Shown: positions 18,606-30,053, counted from the stretch's first letter. The stretch is 64,000 bases of DNA from Candidatus Zhuqueibacterota bacterium (GCA_034521575.1 JAXHMJ010000002.1:30706-94705), one strand, 5' to 3'. Translations and numbers: made by a program. The notes: generated by a model not told the origin, from the letters alone.

Positions 18606-20345
18606 GTGGCAAACGTCACCGTAACCATAGACGGCATTCAGCTGAGTGTTCCCCAGGGGACAACAGTCATGGATGCTGCAGAAAAAGCAAAAATACAAAT
18701 TCCACGATTGTGCTATCATCCTGATCTTCCTCCGGTCTCCGCCTGCCGCCTGTGTGTGGTCGAAATTGAAGGCGACCGGCTGTTGAGAACCGCGTGTTCC
18801 TGGAAGTGTCAGGACGGTATGAACATCAAAACACGCACCAAACAGGTGCGCGATTCCCGTAAAATGGCGCTGGAACTGATTCTGTCGCGTCACCCCATGT
18901 TGTGCACCGAATGTGTGCGCAATCAGGATTGCGAACTCCAGAGCATGGCGGAACAGCTGGGTATTCGCGAAACCCGTTTTGAATACTCGGAGCGTCCCGG
19001 TGTAGCCGATCATTCCAGTGAAGCGATTGTTCGCGATCCGGCCAAATGTATCCTGTGCCGCCGTTGTATCCAGACCTGTGAACTGGTGCAGAGCGTCAGC
19101 GCGATCGGCCTGGAAGGCCGCGGCTATGATACCTGGGTGGATACACCGTTCGGCAAAGGCATCGCCGATGTGGCGTGTGTGTCCTGTGGTCAATGTATCG
19201 ACCGCTGTCCGGTCGGCGCCTTGTACGAAAATCCGCATATCCAGCGTGTCTGGGATGCGATTGATGATCCGGAAAAACATGTGGTCATCCAGACGGCTCC
19301 GGCTGTCCGCGCTGCCATTGGCGAAGAGTTCGGTATGGAACCGGGGTCACTGGTCACGGATAAAATGGTGACCGGTCTGCGCATGCTGGGTGTGGACAAG
19401 GTGTTTGATACCAACTTTACCGCGGATCTGACCATTATGGAAGAAGGTCATGAGCTGCTGGGTCGCATCAAAAACGGCGGTACTTTGCCGCTCTTGACCA
19501 GCTGTTCGCCGGGATGGATTAATTTTATCGAGCATTTCTATCCCAGTCTGCTGCCGCACGTGTCCTCCTGTAAATCGCCGCAGCAGATGTTCGGCGCTTT
19601 GGCAAAAACCTATTACGCGGATAAAATGGGTATCAAACCGGAAAATATTTACAGTGTTTCGGTCATGCCCTGCACCGCGAAAAAAGTCGAAGCCGGACGT
19701 CCTGAGATGAACGACAGCGGATTCCAGGATGTGGATGCGGTACTGACCACGCGCGAAGCGGCGTTTATGATGAAACAGGTGGGTATCAATCTACCGGATT
19801 TGCAGCCCGGCGAATATGATGAACCTCTGGGTGTATCAACCGGCGCCGCTGTGATTTTCGGCAACACCGGCGGTGTGATGGAAGCGGCCCTGCGTACCGT
19901 GTATGAAGTGGTGACCGAATCCAAGATCGAAGATGTCAATATCAAAGCCGTACGCGGCATGCAAGGCGTTCGTGAAGCGGAAATCAATCTAAACGGCACC
20001 ATCGTCAAGGGCGCGGTCGCCAACGGACTGGCCAATGCGCGCCAGCTCATGGACAAGATCGTGTCCGGTGAAGCGGATTACCACTTTATCGAGATCATGG
20101 CCTGTCCGGGCGGATGTATCGGCGGCGGCGGTCAGCCGATCCCGACGTCCATGGACATCCGTCAGAAACGTGTGGATGCCATCTATGCGGCGGATGAAAG
20201 TCTCGAAATCCGCAAATCACATGAAAATCCGGCGGTGATCAAACTCTATAAAGAGTTCCTGGGTGAACCGAACGGACATAAATCTCATGAACTGCTGCAC
20301 ACGCATTATACGGAAAAACAGGTCTACAAAGACGTACCTGCTTAA
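18606..20345 (+). CDS. hndD: [FeFe]-hydrogenase catalytic subunit, operon 2 (intact). A GTG start at 18606 is assumed after a GGAGG RBS; an upstream ATG at 18576 is possible.
   Basis: N-terminal ferredoxin modules as in hydA. H-cluster motifs TSCSPGW, MPCTAKKVE and EIMACPGGCIGGGGQP. Confidence 0.88.
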   Translation: MANVTVTIDGIQLSVPQGTTVMDAAEKAKIQIPRLCYHPDLPPVSACRLCVVEIEGDRLLRTACSWKCQDGMNIKTRTKQVRDSRKMALELILSRHPMLCTECVRNQDCELQSMAEQLGIRETRFEYSERPGVADHSSEAIVRDPAKCILCRRCIQTCELVQSVSAIGLEGRGYDTWVDTPFGKGIADVACVSCGQCIDRCPVGALYENPHIQRVWDAIDDPEKHVVIQTAPAVRAAIGEEFGMEPGSLVTDKMVTGLRMLGVDKVFDTNFTADLTIMEEGHELLGRIKNGGTLPLLTSCSPGWINFIEHFYPSLLPHVSSCKSPQQMFGALAKTYYADKMGIKPENIYSVSVMPCTAKKVEAGRPEMNDSGFQDVDAVLTTREAAFMMKQVGINLPDLQPGEYDEPLGVSTGAAVIFGNTGGVMEAALRTVYEVVTESKIEDVNIKAVRGMQGVREAEINLNGTIVKGAVANGLANARQLMDKIVSGEADYHFIEIMACPGGCIGGGGQPIPTSMDIRQKRVDAIYAADESLEIRKSHENPAVIKLYKEFLGEPNGHKSHELLHTHYTEKQVYKDVPA

Positions 20346-20353
20346 CAAACAGA

Positions 20354-20381
20354 GCCCCGGGTTGACGCCCGGGGCTTTTTT
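20354..20381 (+). terminator. rho-independent terminator after hydrogenase operon 2
   Basis: GCCCCGGG-ttgacg-CCCGGGGC, an 8-bp GC stem, followed by TTTTTT. Confidence 0.85.
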
Positions 20382-20484
20382 GAAGGGGTGTATTGAAAAC
20401 GTCCGATCATCAATGTTTTTGTTGCTTGATAAAACGCACAACCTGCCTGTAGACTATTAGACCGCACTTTTTTTTAAAAAAAGC

Positions 20485-20513
20485 TTGACTTTTAAAAAAT
20501 TATTCAGTATTAT
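20485..20513 (+). promoter_or_regulatory. candidate sigma70-type promoter (TTGACT-17nt-TATTAT) upstream of the LacI-family gene
   Basis: Hexamers with a 17-nt spacer about 85 nt upstream of 20599, in an AT-rich region. Confidence 0.35.
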
Positions 20514-20598
20514 AATAACGTTATCATTAAAAAGCATTAAGCAGTAAAATAAACCTAATAAATACAATAAATTAGCATAATGAAAACGTTTACATTAA

Positions 20599-21606
20599 AT
20601 GCAAAAGAATCCAAGCCTAAAACAGGTTGCTGAAAAAGCCAATGTGTCTATAGCAACGGTTTCTCGAGCGCTCAACTATCCTGAAAAGGTTGATCCGAAA
20701 ACTCTGAACAGAATTAATAAAGTGATCAAAGCGCTTAATTATCGTCCGAACAGGGTGGCGCAACGATTGCGCATTAAAGATGGACATCGAAAGATCATCG
20801 GTCTGTTGGTTCCGGATATTCAAAATCCTTTTTATGTGGATGTTGTCAGAGGGGTTGAAGATTATGCTTACAGTAGAAATTATGCCTTGTTGATGTGCAA
20901 CTTTGCGCAAAACAAGGAAAAAGAGCGCATGTATCTGGACATTATGGTATCAGAATCTGTTGACGGGATGATTTTAGCGCCTTTTGATGAATATGATCAG
21001 GATGTTATGGATCTTTTGGGAAAAAATTACCCCATTGTTTGTGTTGACAGGGGATTGGCCGAGTATCAGGATGTGGATATTGTTTTGGTTGATAATGAAA
21101 GAGGGGCATTTGAAGCGGTGAGTTTTTTAATTGAGCAGGGTTATAAACGAATAGCTTATGTAGGCGGTCTGCCCTCTATCCCCACAAGTCAACAGCGTAA
21201 AGACGGCTATGTGAAGGCTCTTCAGAGACATAATATACCGGTCGAGAACGAGTTGGTCAGATTTGGTGATTCGAAGCATGACAGCGGCAAAGTCATTGTC
21301 CGGGAACTGCTTCAGCTCGAGGAAAGACCGACTGCTTTTTTTACAGGCAATAATCTTATTACTCTGGGCGCTTTGGAAACCATACATGCCATGAATCTGG
21401 CTATTCCGGACGATGTGGCCATAATTGGATTTGATGATATGCCGTGGTCTATTTCATTGAATCCGCCACTGACCGCCGTGAAGCAACCCGGATACGAAAT
21501 TGGCAAAAGAGCGGCTGATTTATTGTATCAAAAAATTATTGAACCAGAAAAGCCGTCGATTAAAATGATGTTGAATACTGAATTGATGATACGTGATTCT
21601 TGCTAA
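20599..21606 (+). CDS. LacI-family transcriptional regulator
   Basis: HTH LKQVAEKANVSIATVSRALN plus a periplasmic-binding-like sugar-binding core. Confidence 0.88.
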   Translation: MQKNPSLKQVAEKANVSIATVSRALNYPEKVDPKTLNRINKVIKALNYRPNRVAQRLRIKDGHRKIIGLLVPDIQNPFYVDVVRGVEDYAYSRNYALLMCNFAQNKEKERMYLDIMVSESVDGMILAPFDEYDQDVMDLLGKNYPIVCVDRGLAEYQDVDIVLVDNERGAFEAVSFLIEQGYKRIAYVGGLPSIPTSQQRKDGYVKALQRHNIPVENELVRFGDSKHDSGKVIVRELLQLEERPTAFFTGNNLITLGALETIHAMNLAIPDDVAIIGFDDMPWSISLNPPLTAVKQPGYEIGKRAADLLYQKIIEPEKPSIKMMLNTELMIRDSC

Positions 21607-21641
21607 ATCACGACTTGTGTCATAACAAACAGGAGGTAACA

Positions 21642-23444
21642 ATGTACAAGTTTGCCAACAAAATTTTGTTTTTTATTTTAATTGGAGTGGCTTTTTCTCT
21701 AAATGCTCAGGAACTCCTTTTATCGCCCTCTCCATTATATATGGGGAAAATTCCAGTCGGCAGTTCATCAGAACGACAAATGCTTCTTTATAACATTACA
21801 GCAGATCCAATAAAAGTGAGTTCTGTTTCCATTGACGGTACAGATGAATCGCTTTTTACCCTAATAGAAAATCCCGGAAATTTCACCCTGGGACCTATTG
21901 AGAAAAAAGCAATATCGATAAAGTACCAGCCTGACAGCCCTGTTGAAAACACAGCGATTTTCAAGGTTGAAAGCAGCGCCGGTACGTTTTCGGATACGTT
22001 GTCCGGATACGGTATTCAAAAGTCAGGTGGCCTTCAGCTGTTTGAGAGGATATTGGGGACGAATGAAGATGATAATGGAAGCAATATCAATCAAACAAGG
22101 GACGGCGGTTTTATCATTGTCGGAAGCACAACGCCGTTTGATGAAGACTATAGGAGTGTTTATTTGATCAAGACAGATGCTGCGGGTAAGGTGGAATGGA
22201 CTGCAATTTATGGCGATGAGAAAGGAGTTGACTCGGGCGCTGATGTGGTGCAAACAGAGGATGGCGGTTATCTTGTTCTGGGTCATACAGAAAACTTTGG
22301 AGTCGGCGGTTTTGATATCCTGTTGCTGCGATACAATTCAGATGGAGAATATCAGTGGAAAAAAACGTACGGGTCTGTCAATGAAGAGTCGGGATCGAGA
22401 ATAATCGCTACTGATGACGGAGGCTATTTTCTGCTGGGACAAACGACTCCTCGATCGGGGATTGGTAAGAATATGTTTCTGGTCAAAACAGACGCAGAGG
22501 GGTCAGAGCAATGGACGACCACATATGGAGGAGAAAACGGCACTGGCGGCGATGATATAATACAGTTGTCAGATGGAAATTTTGCCATCGTCGGCTTTCT
22601 TACCAAAGATGATGATTTTCAGGTTTATTTTATAAAGATAGATGACAAAGGAGATTCGATCTGGGAAAAATCGTTCGGCGGCTCGGCGTATGATGTCGGA
22701 TCATCGGTTCGGGAGACTCGTGACGGCGGTTTTGTTGTCTGCGGTTATACTGCCAGCATGGGAGCGGGAGGCCGGGATGGGTATGTCGTCAGGTTGGATG
22801 ATTCGGGTCGTCTGTTGTGGGAAGAGACATTTGGAGATGTTAATAACGATCAATTCGGGGGTATTGCGGAAACACCCGCCGGCAATTTTATTGCCGTCGG
22901 AAATACGGTCACCCGGATTACAACGGAGCAACAATATACGGATGCTTTTATGGTCAAACTCGACAAGAACGGCAATCATATATGGTCTAAACAATTTGGC
23001 GGATATTTATCTGATGGGTTGGGTAAAATATTAAAAACCAATGACGATGGCTATGTCAATTTGGGGAACACCCGCAGTTACAGTAAATCCAGAGATATTT
23101 ATCTGAGTAAATTCAATAATGACGGCGTTGTCTCTTCAATAGATAAAGAGCAAGGTTCAAAGACGCGTCCCGATAACTTTGTATTATATCAGAATTATCC
23201 GAATCCATTTAATGCCTCGACGCGAATAAAATTTACAGTTCCCCAGGGCAAACTTGAACAGCATGTCTCTATAAAATTAATTGATATTTTAGGTCATATC
23301 AGAGCAACGCTACTCGATACCAGAAAAAATCCGGGTGTTTATGAAATACAATTTACGGCAAATCATTTATCCAGTGGTGTTTATTTTTATCAATTAAAAG
23401 CCGGCGAGAGTGTCTGTACAAAAAAAATGATTTTACTTGAATAA
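21642..23444 (+). CDS. secreted repeat (beta-propeller-like) protein with a T9SS type-A C-terminal sorting domain
   Basis: Signal peptide MYKFANKILFFILIGVAFSLNAQE after a CAGGAGG RBS. Repeated DGGY...LGxT units. C-terminus NYPNPFNASTRIKF...SGVYFYQLKAG...KKMILLE, typical of the Por_Secre_tail. Confidence 0.8.
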   Translation: MYKFANKILFFILIGVAFSLNAQELLLSPSPLYMGKIPVGSSSERQMLLYNITADPIKVSSVSIDGTDESLFTLIENPGNFTLGPIEKKAISIKYQPDSPVENTAIFKVESSAGTFSDTLSGYGIQKSGGLQLFERILGTNEDDNGSNINQTRDGGFIIVGSTTPFDEDYRSVYLIKTDAAGKVEWTAIYGDEKGVDSGADVVQTEDGGYLVLGHTENFGVGGFDILLLRYNSDGEYQWKKTYGSVNEESGSRIIATDDGGYFLLGQTTPRSGIGKNMFLVKTDAEGSEQWTTTYGGENGTGGDDIIQLSDGNFAIVGFLTKDDDFQVYFIKIDDKGDSIWEKSFGGSAYDVGSSVRETRDGGFVVCGYTASMGAGGRDGYVVRLDDSGRLLWEETFGDVNNDQFGGIAETPAGNFIAVGNTVTRITTEQQYTDAFMVKLDKNGNHIWSKQFGGYLSDGLGKILKTNDDGYVNLGNTRSYSKSRDIYLSKFNNDGVVSSIDKEQGSKTRPDNFVLYQNYPNPFNASTRIKFTVPQGKLEQHVSIKLIDILGHIRATLLDTRKNPGVYEIQFTANHLSSGVYFYQLKAGESVCTKKMILLE

Positions 23445-23589
23445 AGGTCGTAACATGAAATTAATGATTTTACCATAGGAATCGAAAGCAGCGGTCTAAA
23501 AACTTAAAGGAGGTGTGTTGGAAGCGGTTGTTTTACAGGCAGTACATAAAAAAAAGAGTACAGTTTATCAACCAAACGGAGGCTCAACC

Positions 23590-26377
23590 ATGAAGTCTTA
23601 TTTCCTGTTAGTGCAAGTGTTCATCATCCTCTTTACGGGGATCGTTCTGCAACCGCAGCGTGTATGCCCAACGAAGCGGAAGCATTGAAGGCAGAGTTAT
23701 AGATGCGGAAAGCGGAGAGTATTTACCCGGGGCAAACATTTACCTGGAGGGTACACAGATCGGCGCTGCCAGTGATGCGAACGGATATTTTACAATCGAA
23801 AATGTGCCTTTTGGAGACTATACCTTAAAGGTTACCTACATCGGATACGAAGAGTTTTCAAGCGAGGTCGAATTAAAACCATCTGATGCCAAAGTAAACA
23901 TCGATGTCCCCATGAATTTTACTGCGCTTGAATTAGATGCGTTTGTCGTAGAAGGTTTAAGACAGGGGCAGGTTAAAGCATTGAATCAGCAGAAAAATGC
24001 GGCCAACATTAAAAATGTCGTGTCGAAAGAAGAAATGGAAAAATTCCCGGATATGAACACGGCTGAAGTTTTACAGCGGATTCCCGGCATAGCAGTTGAA
24101 CGCAGCCTGGGTGAAGGAGCGTTTGTTATGCTGCGCGGAACAGAGCCTCGTCTTACCAATGTTACCGTAAATGGACAAAAAATTGCCACGCCCCGTGAAC
24201 AAGACAGATTTATCGGGCTTAATGTGGTCAATGCGAATCAATTGGCATCTATAGATGTCACAAAAGCCAGTACGCCTGATATGGATGGTAGTGCAATCGG
24301 CGGTACGGTCAATCTGGTGACACGCAGTGCGTTTGATTACCAGGAGCCCCGCCTTAATGTGAATCTGGGCAGCGGCTATCAAAAATTGGGAAACGATCCG
24401 CTTTATCGCGCTTCACTAAACTATAGCACCTTTTTGAATAAAGATAAAACAATCGGTGTCACGGTCGGCGCCAGCTGGTACAGAAATTCCATTACAGCGC
24501 ATTCCAATGAATTTGATTGGGAAGATGTTGAAGATATAAACGGGAACGAAATTGCTGAAGCGTTGACTGATTTAAAGATTTTTAATTATGAGACAAATCG
24601 AGACCATATCGGTTTAAATGCCGGGATCGAATTCAGGCCCTCCAAAGACCACAGATATTTTATTAACGCCATGTACAACAAGCGGACCGATGATATGGAT
24701 AGAAATCAGGTCCGTTATCGTTTTGACAAGGGAGATTATCTGAATGCGACGACAATAAGCGGTGGTCGCGTGGCTTTTGAATTGAACAGCCGGAATGAAA
24801 TACAGGATCTGTATGCCTTTACCGCAGGCGGTCAAAATAAATTCGGACTTTTGAACCTGGATTATACACTATCCTATAGTCATGGTGAAGAATATACCGG
24901 TGATAACGGACACATAAAATCCGAATGGCAGATAAAAAATATCGATTATGCATTGGACCTGTCGGACGTAGATTTTCCGGGTGTTAACATCACCAACCAT
25001 GAGCAAAGCTATTTTTTCAATCCTGAAAACTGGAATGAAGATAAACAACAATATAAAGATAGATTTGCTTCGAATGATAATTTTAACAGCGCTGTTAACG
25101 TAAAATATCCCTATTATCTGGGTGCTTTTCCGGCAGAGTTTAAAGCCGGTGGTAAATTAACGATTGACCAAAAAGATCGAAACAGTCGTCGTTATAATTA
25201 TAGATGGCGCGGTGATTATGATCTCGGCATGTTTGGGACGACCGGAGAAACGATAGATGATTTATTACTTGACAATTACACATTGGGTCCCATAATGGAT
25301 GGTGATAAAGCGAGCGAGTTTTTACAGAACAATCTCGATCCCGACAATGGCTTCCGCAAGGAACCGGTGAATGATAGCGAGGATGGTTTTGGCGGTCAAT
25401 ATGAGGGTTCCGAAAGCATCTATGCCGGTTATTTAATGACCACGATTCACTTTAATGAATTGATGGTTTTGGCCGGTGTGAGAAGCGAATTAACGCAAAC
25501 GACGTATGATGGAATCGAGCTTCAACTGGATGATGACGGAGCGATTGTGAATGACAAACCCGTTTCCCAGGAAAATGATTATGTCAACTTTTTCCCCGCT
25601 GTGCACTTTCGGTACAATATATCTCCTATGACAAATGTCAGACTTGCCTATACTCAGGGTATTGCCAGACCCAATTATTTTGATTTGGCTCCGTACCGAT
25701 GGATTATTCCGGATGATAATGAGATCGTTGCCGGGAATCCGGAGCTTGAGCCGACTGAATCAAAAAACATGGATTTAATGCTGGGTCATTATTTTCAAAG
25801 TGTCGGCGCTATCAATGTAGGGTTGTTCTATAAAAGTCTGGACAAGGTCATTTATCCAGCGGCGACTCGAATTGAAGGCGGCAACTATGACGGTTATGAC
25901 GAAATAATGCAGGTTAACGGCGGAACAGCGGACTTGTATGGTGTTGAAATCGGATGGATGCAGCAATTAACCTTTTTGCCGGGCTTTTGGAATGGATTCG
26001 GCGTCTATGCCAACTATACCTATACCCAGGCTGATGTTGATCTCACCTATGCAGACCGTGATGTGCTTCCCGGCCAGGCGGGTGATGTCGGTAATGTAGG
26101 ATTAAGTTTCGAAAGAGGCGACTTGACCGCCCGTTTGAGTTTTAATTATACTTCGGAAGTGCTGGTTGAGGTTGAAACGGATAAAGAATTCGACCGCTGG
26201 AACGACGAACGGCTCCAGGTTGATTTTTCAGGATCCTATGAGTTTATACCCGGCTTTGAATTCTATATCGATGCCGTCAATTTGACAAATGCAGTTAAGC
26301 GTGTGTATTACCATATACCTTCTCGTCCAGAGAAAATGCGTATTATGGCATCTCCGTACGCTCTGGTATTAAAATGA
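23590..26377 (+). CDS. TonB-dependent outer-membrane receptor (CarboxypepD_reg-like N-domain + plug + barrel). An apparent indel near 23650 separates the signal peptide from the mature part.
   Basis: MKSYFLLVQVFIILFTG signal after an ACGGAGG RBS. Next frame continues YAQRSGSIEGRVID...ANIYLEGT (CarbopepD_reg). Plug motifs EVLQRIPGIAVERS, VMLRGTEPR. Terminal aromatic end. Confidence 0.8.
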
Positions 26378-26394
26378 CTCTATAGTTCCCATAT

Positions 26395-26456
26395 AAATCC
26401 TCCCAATTACGGGCAAAGGCTCATTACGCCCCGGTTCTTGGGAGGATTTATTTTAT
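26395..26456 (+). terminator. long inverted repeat (12-bp arms AAATCCTCCCAA/TTGGGAGGATTT) with a T-rich tail after the TonB receptor gene
   Basis: Perfect 12-bp arms around a structured ~31-nt loop, followed by ATTTTAT. Confidence 0.5.
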
Positions 26457-26477
26457 ATCTAAAAAACAGGACTTTAT

Positions 26478-27943
26478 ATGCAACGAAGAGAATTTATCAA
26501 AAATATTGGAAAAACAGGATTGTGTGTTACGGGTTTGTCCCTGACCGGCTCTTTGAGTTGTACGCATAAATCTGAAAAAAAATGGAATGTTGTACTTGTC
26601 GTGGCTGATGATTTGGCCTGGAATCAGGTGAATTATCACGGATTCGGGTTTTATGAAACACCCAACATCGATAAAATTGCCGCGGCCGGGATGTGGTTTA
26701 CAGATGCTTACTCTGCGGGGCCGGTCTGTTCGCCGACCCGGGTTAGCCTGATGACCGGGAAAAATCCCGCGCGATTACATATGACCGATTACATACCCGG
26801 AAGTCCTTATCCGTATGCGCGCTTGTCCAGGCCCAAAGTGCCCGAGTATCTGTTGACTGTCGGATTGCCGCTTGAAGAAAAGACTGTCGCAGAACTGTTT
26901 AAAGAACATGGATACCATACCGGCCATTTCGGTAAATGGCATCTCAGCAAAGATAAAGAGTACCAGGCGGGCAGACCCGGAGATCCGGGCTCGCAGGGCT
27001 TTGATGAAGTGCTAACTACAGTCAAACCGGAATATGAAGCGCCTCCCAATGACGCGCACCATGCTGTTGAAATCACCAACCAATCTCTTGACTTTATTGA
27101 CAGACATAAAGATGATCTGTTTTTCTGTTATACCAGCCATCATGTTGTTCATCGACCGTTGATGGAAAAAGATGATCTGGTACAAAAGTATAAAGACAAA
27201 CCCTATTCCAATGATCCCGTGAATAATCCCGTGATGGGTGCAATGATTGAAAGAATGGATACCGGGATAGGTCAGATACTGGATAAACTTGAAGAACATA
27301 ACCTGACTGAAAAAACGATTGTGATTTTTTATTCCGATAACGGCGGATATGAACTGCATCAGGAGCAAGACCCGTTACGCGGCGGTAAGGCAATGATTTA
27401 TGAGGGCGGAATTAAAGTGCCTTTTTGTATAAAATGGCCGGGTGTCATAGCACCGGGAACGGTATCGAATGAACTGGTAACATCGGATGATTTCTATCCA
27501 ACGTTTGCAGATATACTCGGAGAAAAAGAATTGCCGTTGAATCTGGACGGCGTCAGTTTGCTGCCGTTGATCAAGCAGGAAAAAAATCTTGATCGGGATT
27601 TTTTATGCTGGCATTTTCCCCATTATCATCACCTGGGATATAAACCTGCTGCTGCCATCCGGGAGGGCAATTACAAGTTAATTGAATGGTTTGAGCAAAG
27701 CAAGTTAGGTCAAGAAAAACCGTATCAGCTTTTTAATGTGGAAAATGATCCAGTGAGATCAATGATCTGGCGGATAAAATGCCTGAACTCGCTGAGCGGT
27801 TGTTTGTAAAATTAAAAAACTGGAGAGACAAAGTCGGCGCCTGGGAGATGACCGTTAATCCCGATTATGATCCTGATAAATCAGATTGGCGGTTTGAAAA
27901 TCGAAAAGGCTGGAGAGTAAAAGACGGTATTATTGTAACCTGA
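26478..27943 (+). CDS. sulfatase (formylglycine-dependent, Tat-exported). An apparent 1-nt deletion near 27753 splits off the C-terminal ~60 aa.
   Basis: Twin-arginine signal MQRREFIKN. Sulfatase signature CSPTRVSLMTG (CxPxR). The tail ...NDLADKMPELAERLFVKLKNW... resumes in frame +1. Confidence 0.85.
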
Positions 27944-27959
27944 TTCTAAATGGAAAAGA

Positions 27960-29105
27960 ATGCGAACAATTTGTCTCAATCTTCCTCAAAAACTGGTTTT
28001 CGGAAATGGTTGCAGTGATCTGTTTATTGCTGATTATAAAACAACGGGTTGTAAAACGCTACTGCTGATTACAACCGAGCCATTGCTTGAACACATTCAT
28101 CCTTTAACCCAAAAAATAAAAGCAGATGGCGCTGATGTTTTTGTGTATCAAACTGTCAACAGCGAACCCACGATTGAGGATTTTCAAAATGCTTTGCACT
28201 TTGCTCAACAGAAAAACATTGACAGCGTAGCGGGTATTGGAGGAGGAAGCGTTTTAGACCTTGCTAAATTACTGGCCGCCATGCTTGACAATGATCAAAA
28301 TATTCTGGAGATGCTTGATGGCGGCCGTTTAAAACAACGGCAGGTTTATTTAGCCTGTCTGCCGACAACATCAGGAACCGGAAGTGAGGTGTCACCCAAT
28401 GCAATATTGCTTGATGAGACTGATAATCTTAAAAAAGGCGTGACAAGCTCTTACCTGATTCCAGATGCAGCCTATATAAACCCCTTGTTTACAAAATCCG
28501 TTCCTCCTTCTGTTACAGCAACCACGGGTTTGGATGCGCTCATACATTGTATTGAAGAATATACCAACCTGTATGCTCATCCTGTTATTGACATGTTTGC
28601 TTTGGAAGGCATTCGATTAATCGGTAGTTCTCTGTGGCGTGCCTATAATGATGGAAATGATGAAAAAGCGCGTGAAAACATGGCGCTCGGCAGTCTTTAT
28701 GGAGGCATCGGACTTGGCTCTGTCAATACCGCTGCCGTACATGCTTTATCTTATCCGTTGGGCGGCGAATATCATATTCCGCATGGATTGTCCAATGCTG
28801 TTTTATTCCCCTATGTTATGAAATTCAATATGGTGGAATCTACTGAACGCTACGCAACGGTTGCCCGCGCTTTGGGTGGGGAAGAAGGGAAAAATGATTA
28901 TGAAACGGCTCAAAACGGCGTTGATAGAATATTTCAACTTTGTGAGTTCCTGAACGTAAAGGTAAAACTTTCTACTCTGAATATTCCCAAAACCGCTGTG
29001 CAGAGACTGGCGGAAGCGGCCATGAAGGTAGAAAGGCTTTTAAAAAATAATCCTCGTCATGTAACACTCGAGGACGCAAAAAAAATATATCATGAAGCTT
29101 ATTGA
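27960..29105 (+). CDS. iron-containing (group III) alcohol dehydrogenase family oxidoreductase
   Basis: GIGGGSVLDLAKLLA NAD-binding motif and the His-rich metal site region HALSYPLG...HG. Confidence 0.8.
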   Translation: MRTICLNLPQKLVFGNGCSDLFIADYKTTGCKTLLLITTEPLLEHIHPLTQKIKADGADVFVYQTVNSEPTIEDFQNALHFAQQKNIDSVAGIGGGSVLDLAKLLAAMLDNDQNILEMLDGGRLKQRQVYLACLPTTSGTGSEVSPNAILLDETDNLKKGVTSSYLIPDAAYINPLFTKSVPPSVTATTGLDALIHCIEEYTNLYAHPVIDMFALEGIRLIGSSLWRAYNDGNDEKARENMALGSLYGGIGLGSVNTAAVHALSYPLGGEYHIPHGLSNAVLFPYVMKFNMVESTERYATVARALGGEEGKNDYETAQNGVDRIFQLCEFLNVKVKLSTLNIPKTAVQRLAEAAMKVERLLKNNPRHVTLEDAKKIYHEAY

Positions 29106-30043
29106 AAAAGGCAAACTCTATGATTGAAAGGCGAAAAGAATATTCCGGCATTATCATCCCTGTGGTGACTCCGTTTGATGATAACGGAAAAATAGATATC
29201 CCTGCATTGGAAAGAATTATCGAAAATTTCAACGCAAATGACTGTGAGACTCTGCTGTTTGGAACCACCGGTGAAACAGCTTCGATCCCTCAATCTGCAA
29301 AAACAAAAGCTGTAGCTGCTTTACAAAAATATATTGATCAACACAGAATTTATGTTGCCATATCCGATAATTGTTTTGAGGATGCGGTAACAGCCGCAAA
29401 TCGTTATTTTGATTCAGGAGTAGAGGCGGTGGTAGTTTTACTTCCCGGTTACTATCCTTTAACCCATGATCAGATGCTGAATTATTACGAGCGTTTTGTC
29501 AAAGCCATTCATGGAAAAATGTTTATTTATAATATTCCGGCGACAACCCATATGTCCATCCCGCTTACAGTCATTGAAAAGCTAAGTCACCATGAACGGA
29601 TCATTGGGCTAAAAGACTCTGAACGAGGTATGGAGAGATTGCAACAATCCATTGAATTGTGGGCAAATCGAGAGGACTTTTCATACTTTATCGGCTGGGG
29701 TGCGCAGTCATTTAACGGGTTGTGGAGCGGAGTGGATGGTATTGTTCCGAGCACAGGTAACTTTAATGCCCCGGTCTACAAAGATATGTATCAGGCTGTT
29801 ATTAATAGAGATAAAGAAAATGCTGAGCTTTGTCAAAACATTTCGATGGAAATAGCAAGCGTTTATCAAAAAGATAAAATACTGGGCCAATCTTTACCCG
29901 CACTCAAAGTTATGATGAACGAAGCGGGATTGTGCGGTAAAAAAGTTACACTGCCATTTACAAAGCTGCCGGAAAATGAAGAAAAAATGATTCACGAACA
30001 AACTCGTCATTTAATTGATAAATATGATTTAACCTGGAGTTGA
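29102..30043 (+). CDS. DHDPS/N-acetylneuraminate-lyase family class I aldolase
   Basis: IIPVVTPFDDNGKIDIPALERIIENF...LLFGTTGE. Schiff-base Lys region in the FIYNIP...GLKDS context. Confidence 0.7.
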   Translation: MKKANSMIERRKEYSGIIIPVVTPFDDNGKIDIPALERIIENFNANDCETLLFGTTGETASIPQSAKTKAVAALQKYIDQHRIYVAISDNCFEDAVTAANRYFDSGVEAVVVLLPGYYPLTHDQMLNYYERFVKAIHGKMFIYNIPATTHMSIPLTVIEKLSHHERIIGLKDSERGMERLQQSIELWANREDFSYFIGWGAQSFNGLWSGVDGIVPSTGNFNAPVYKDMYQAVINRDKENAELCQNISMEIASVYQKDKILGQSLPALKVMMNEAGLCGKKVTLPFTKLPENEEKMIHEQTRHLIDKYDLTWS

Positions 30044-30053
30044 TGAGTATCTA

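Noticed and set aside
20217-20441. 74-aa minus-strand ORF in the hydA2-lacI intergenic region
   Set aside because: It overlaps the strong plus-strand terminator hairpin and the AT-rich promoter region. It has no RBS and a low-complexity sequence.
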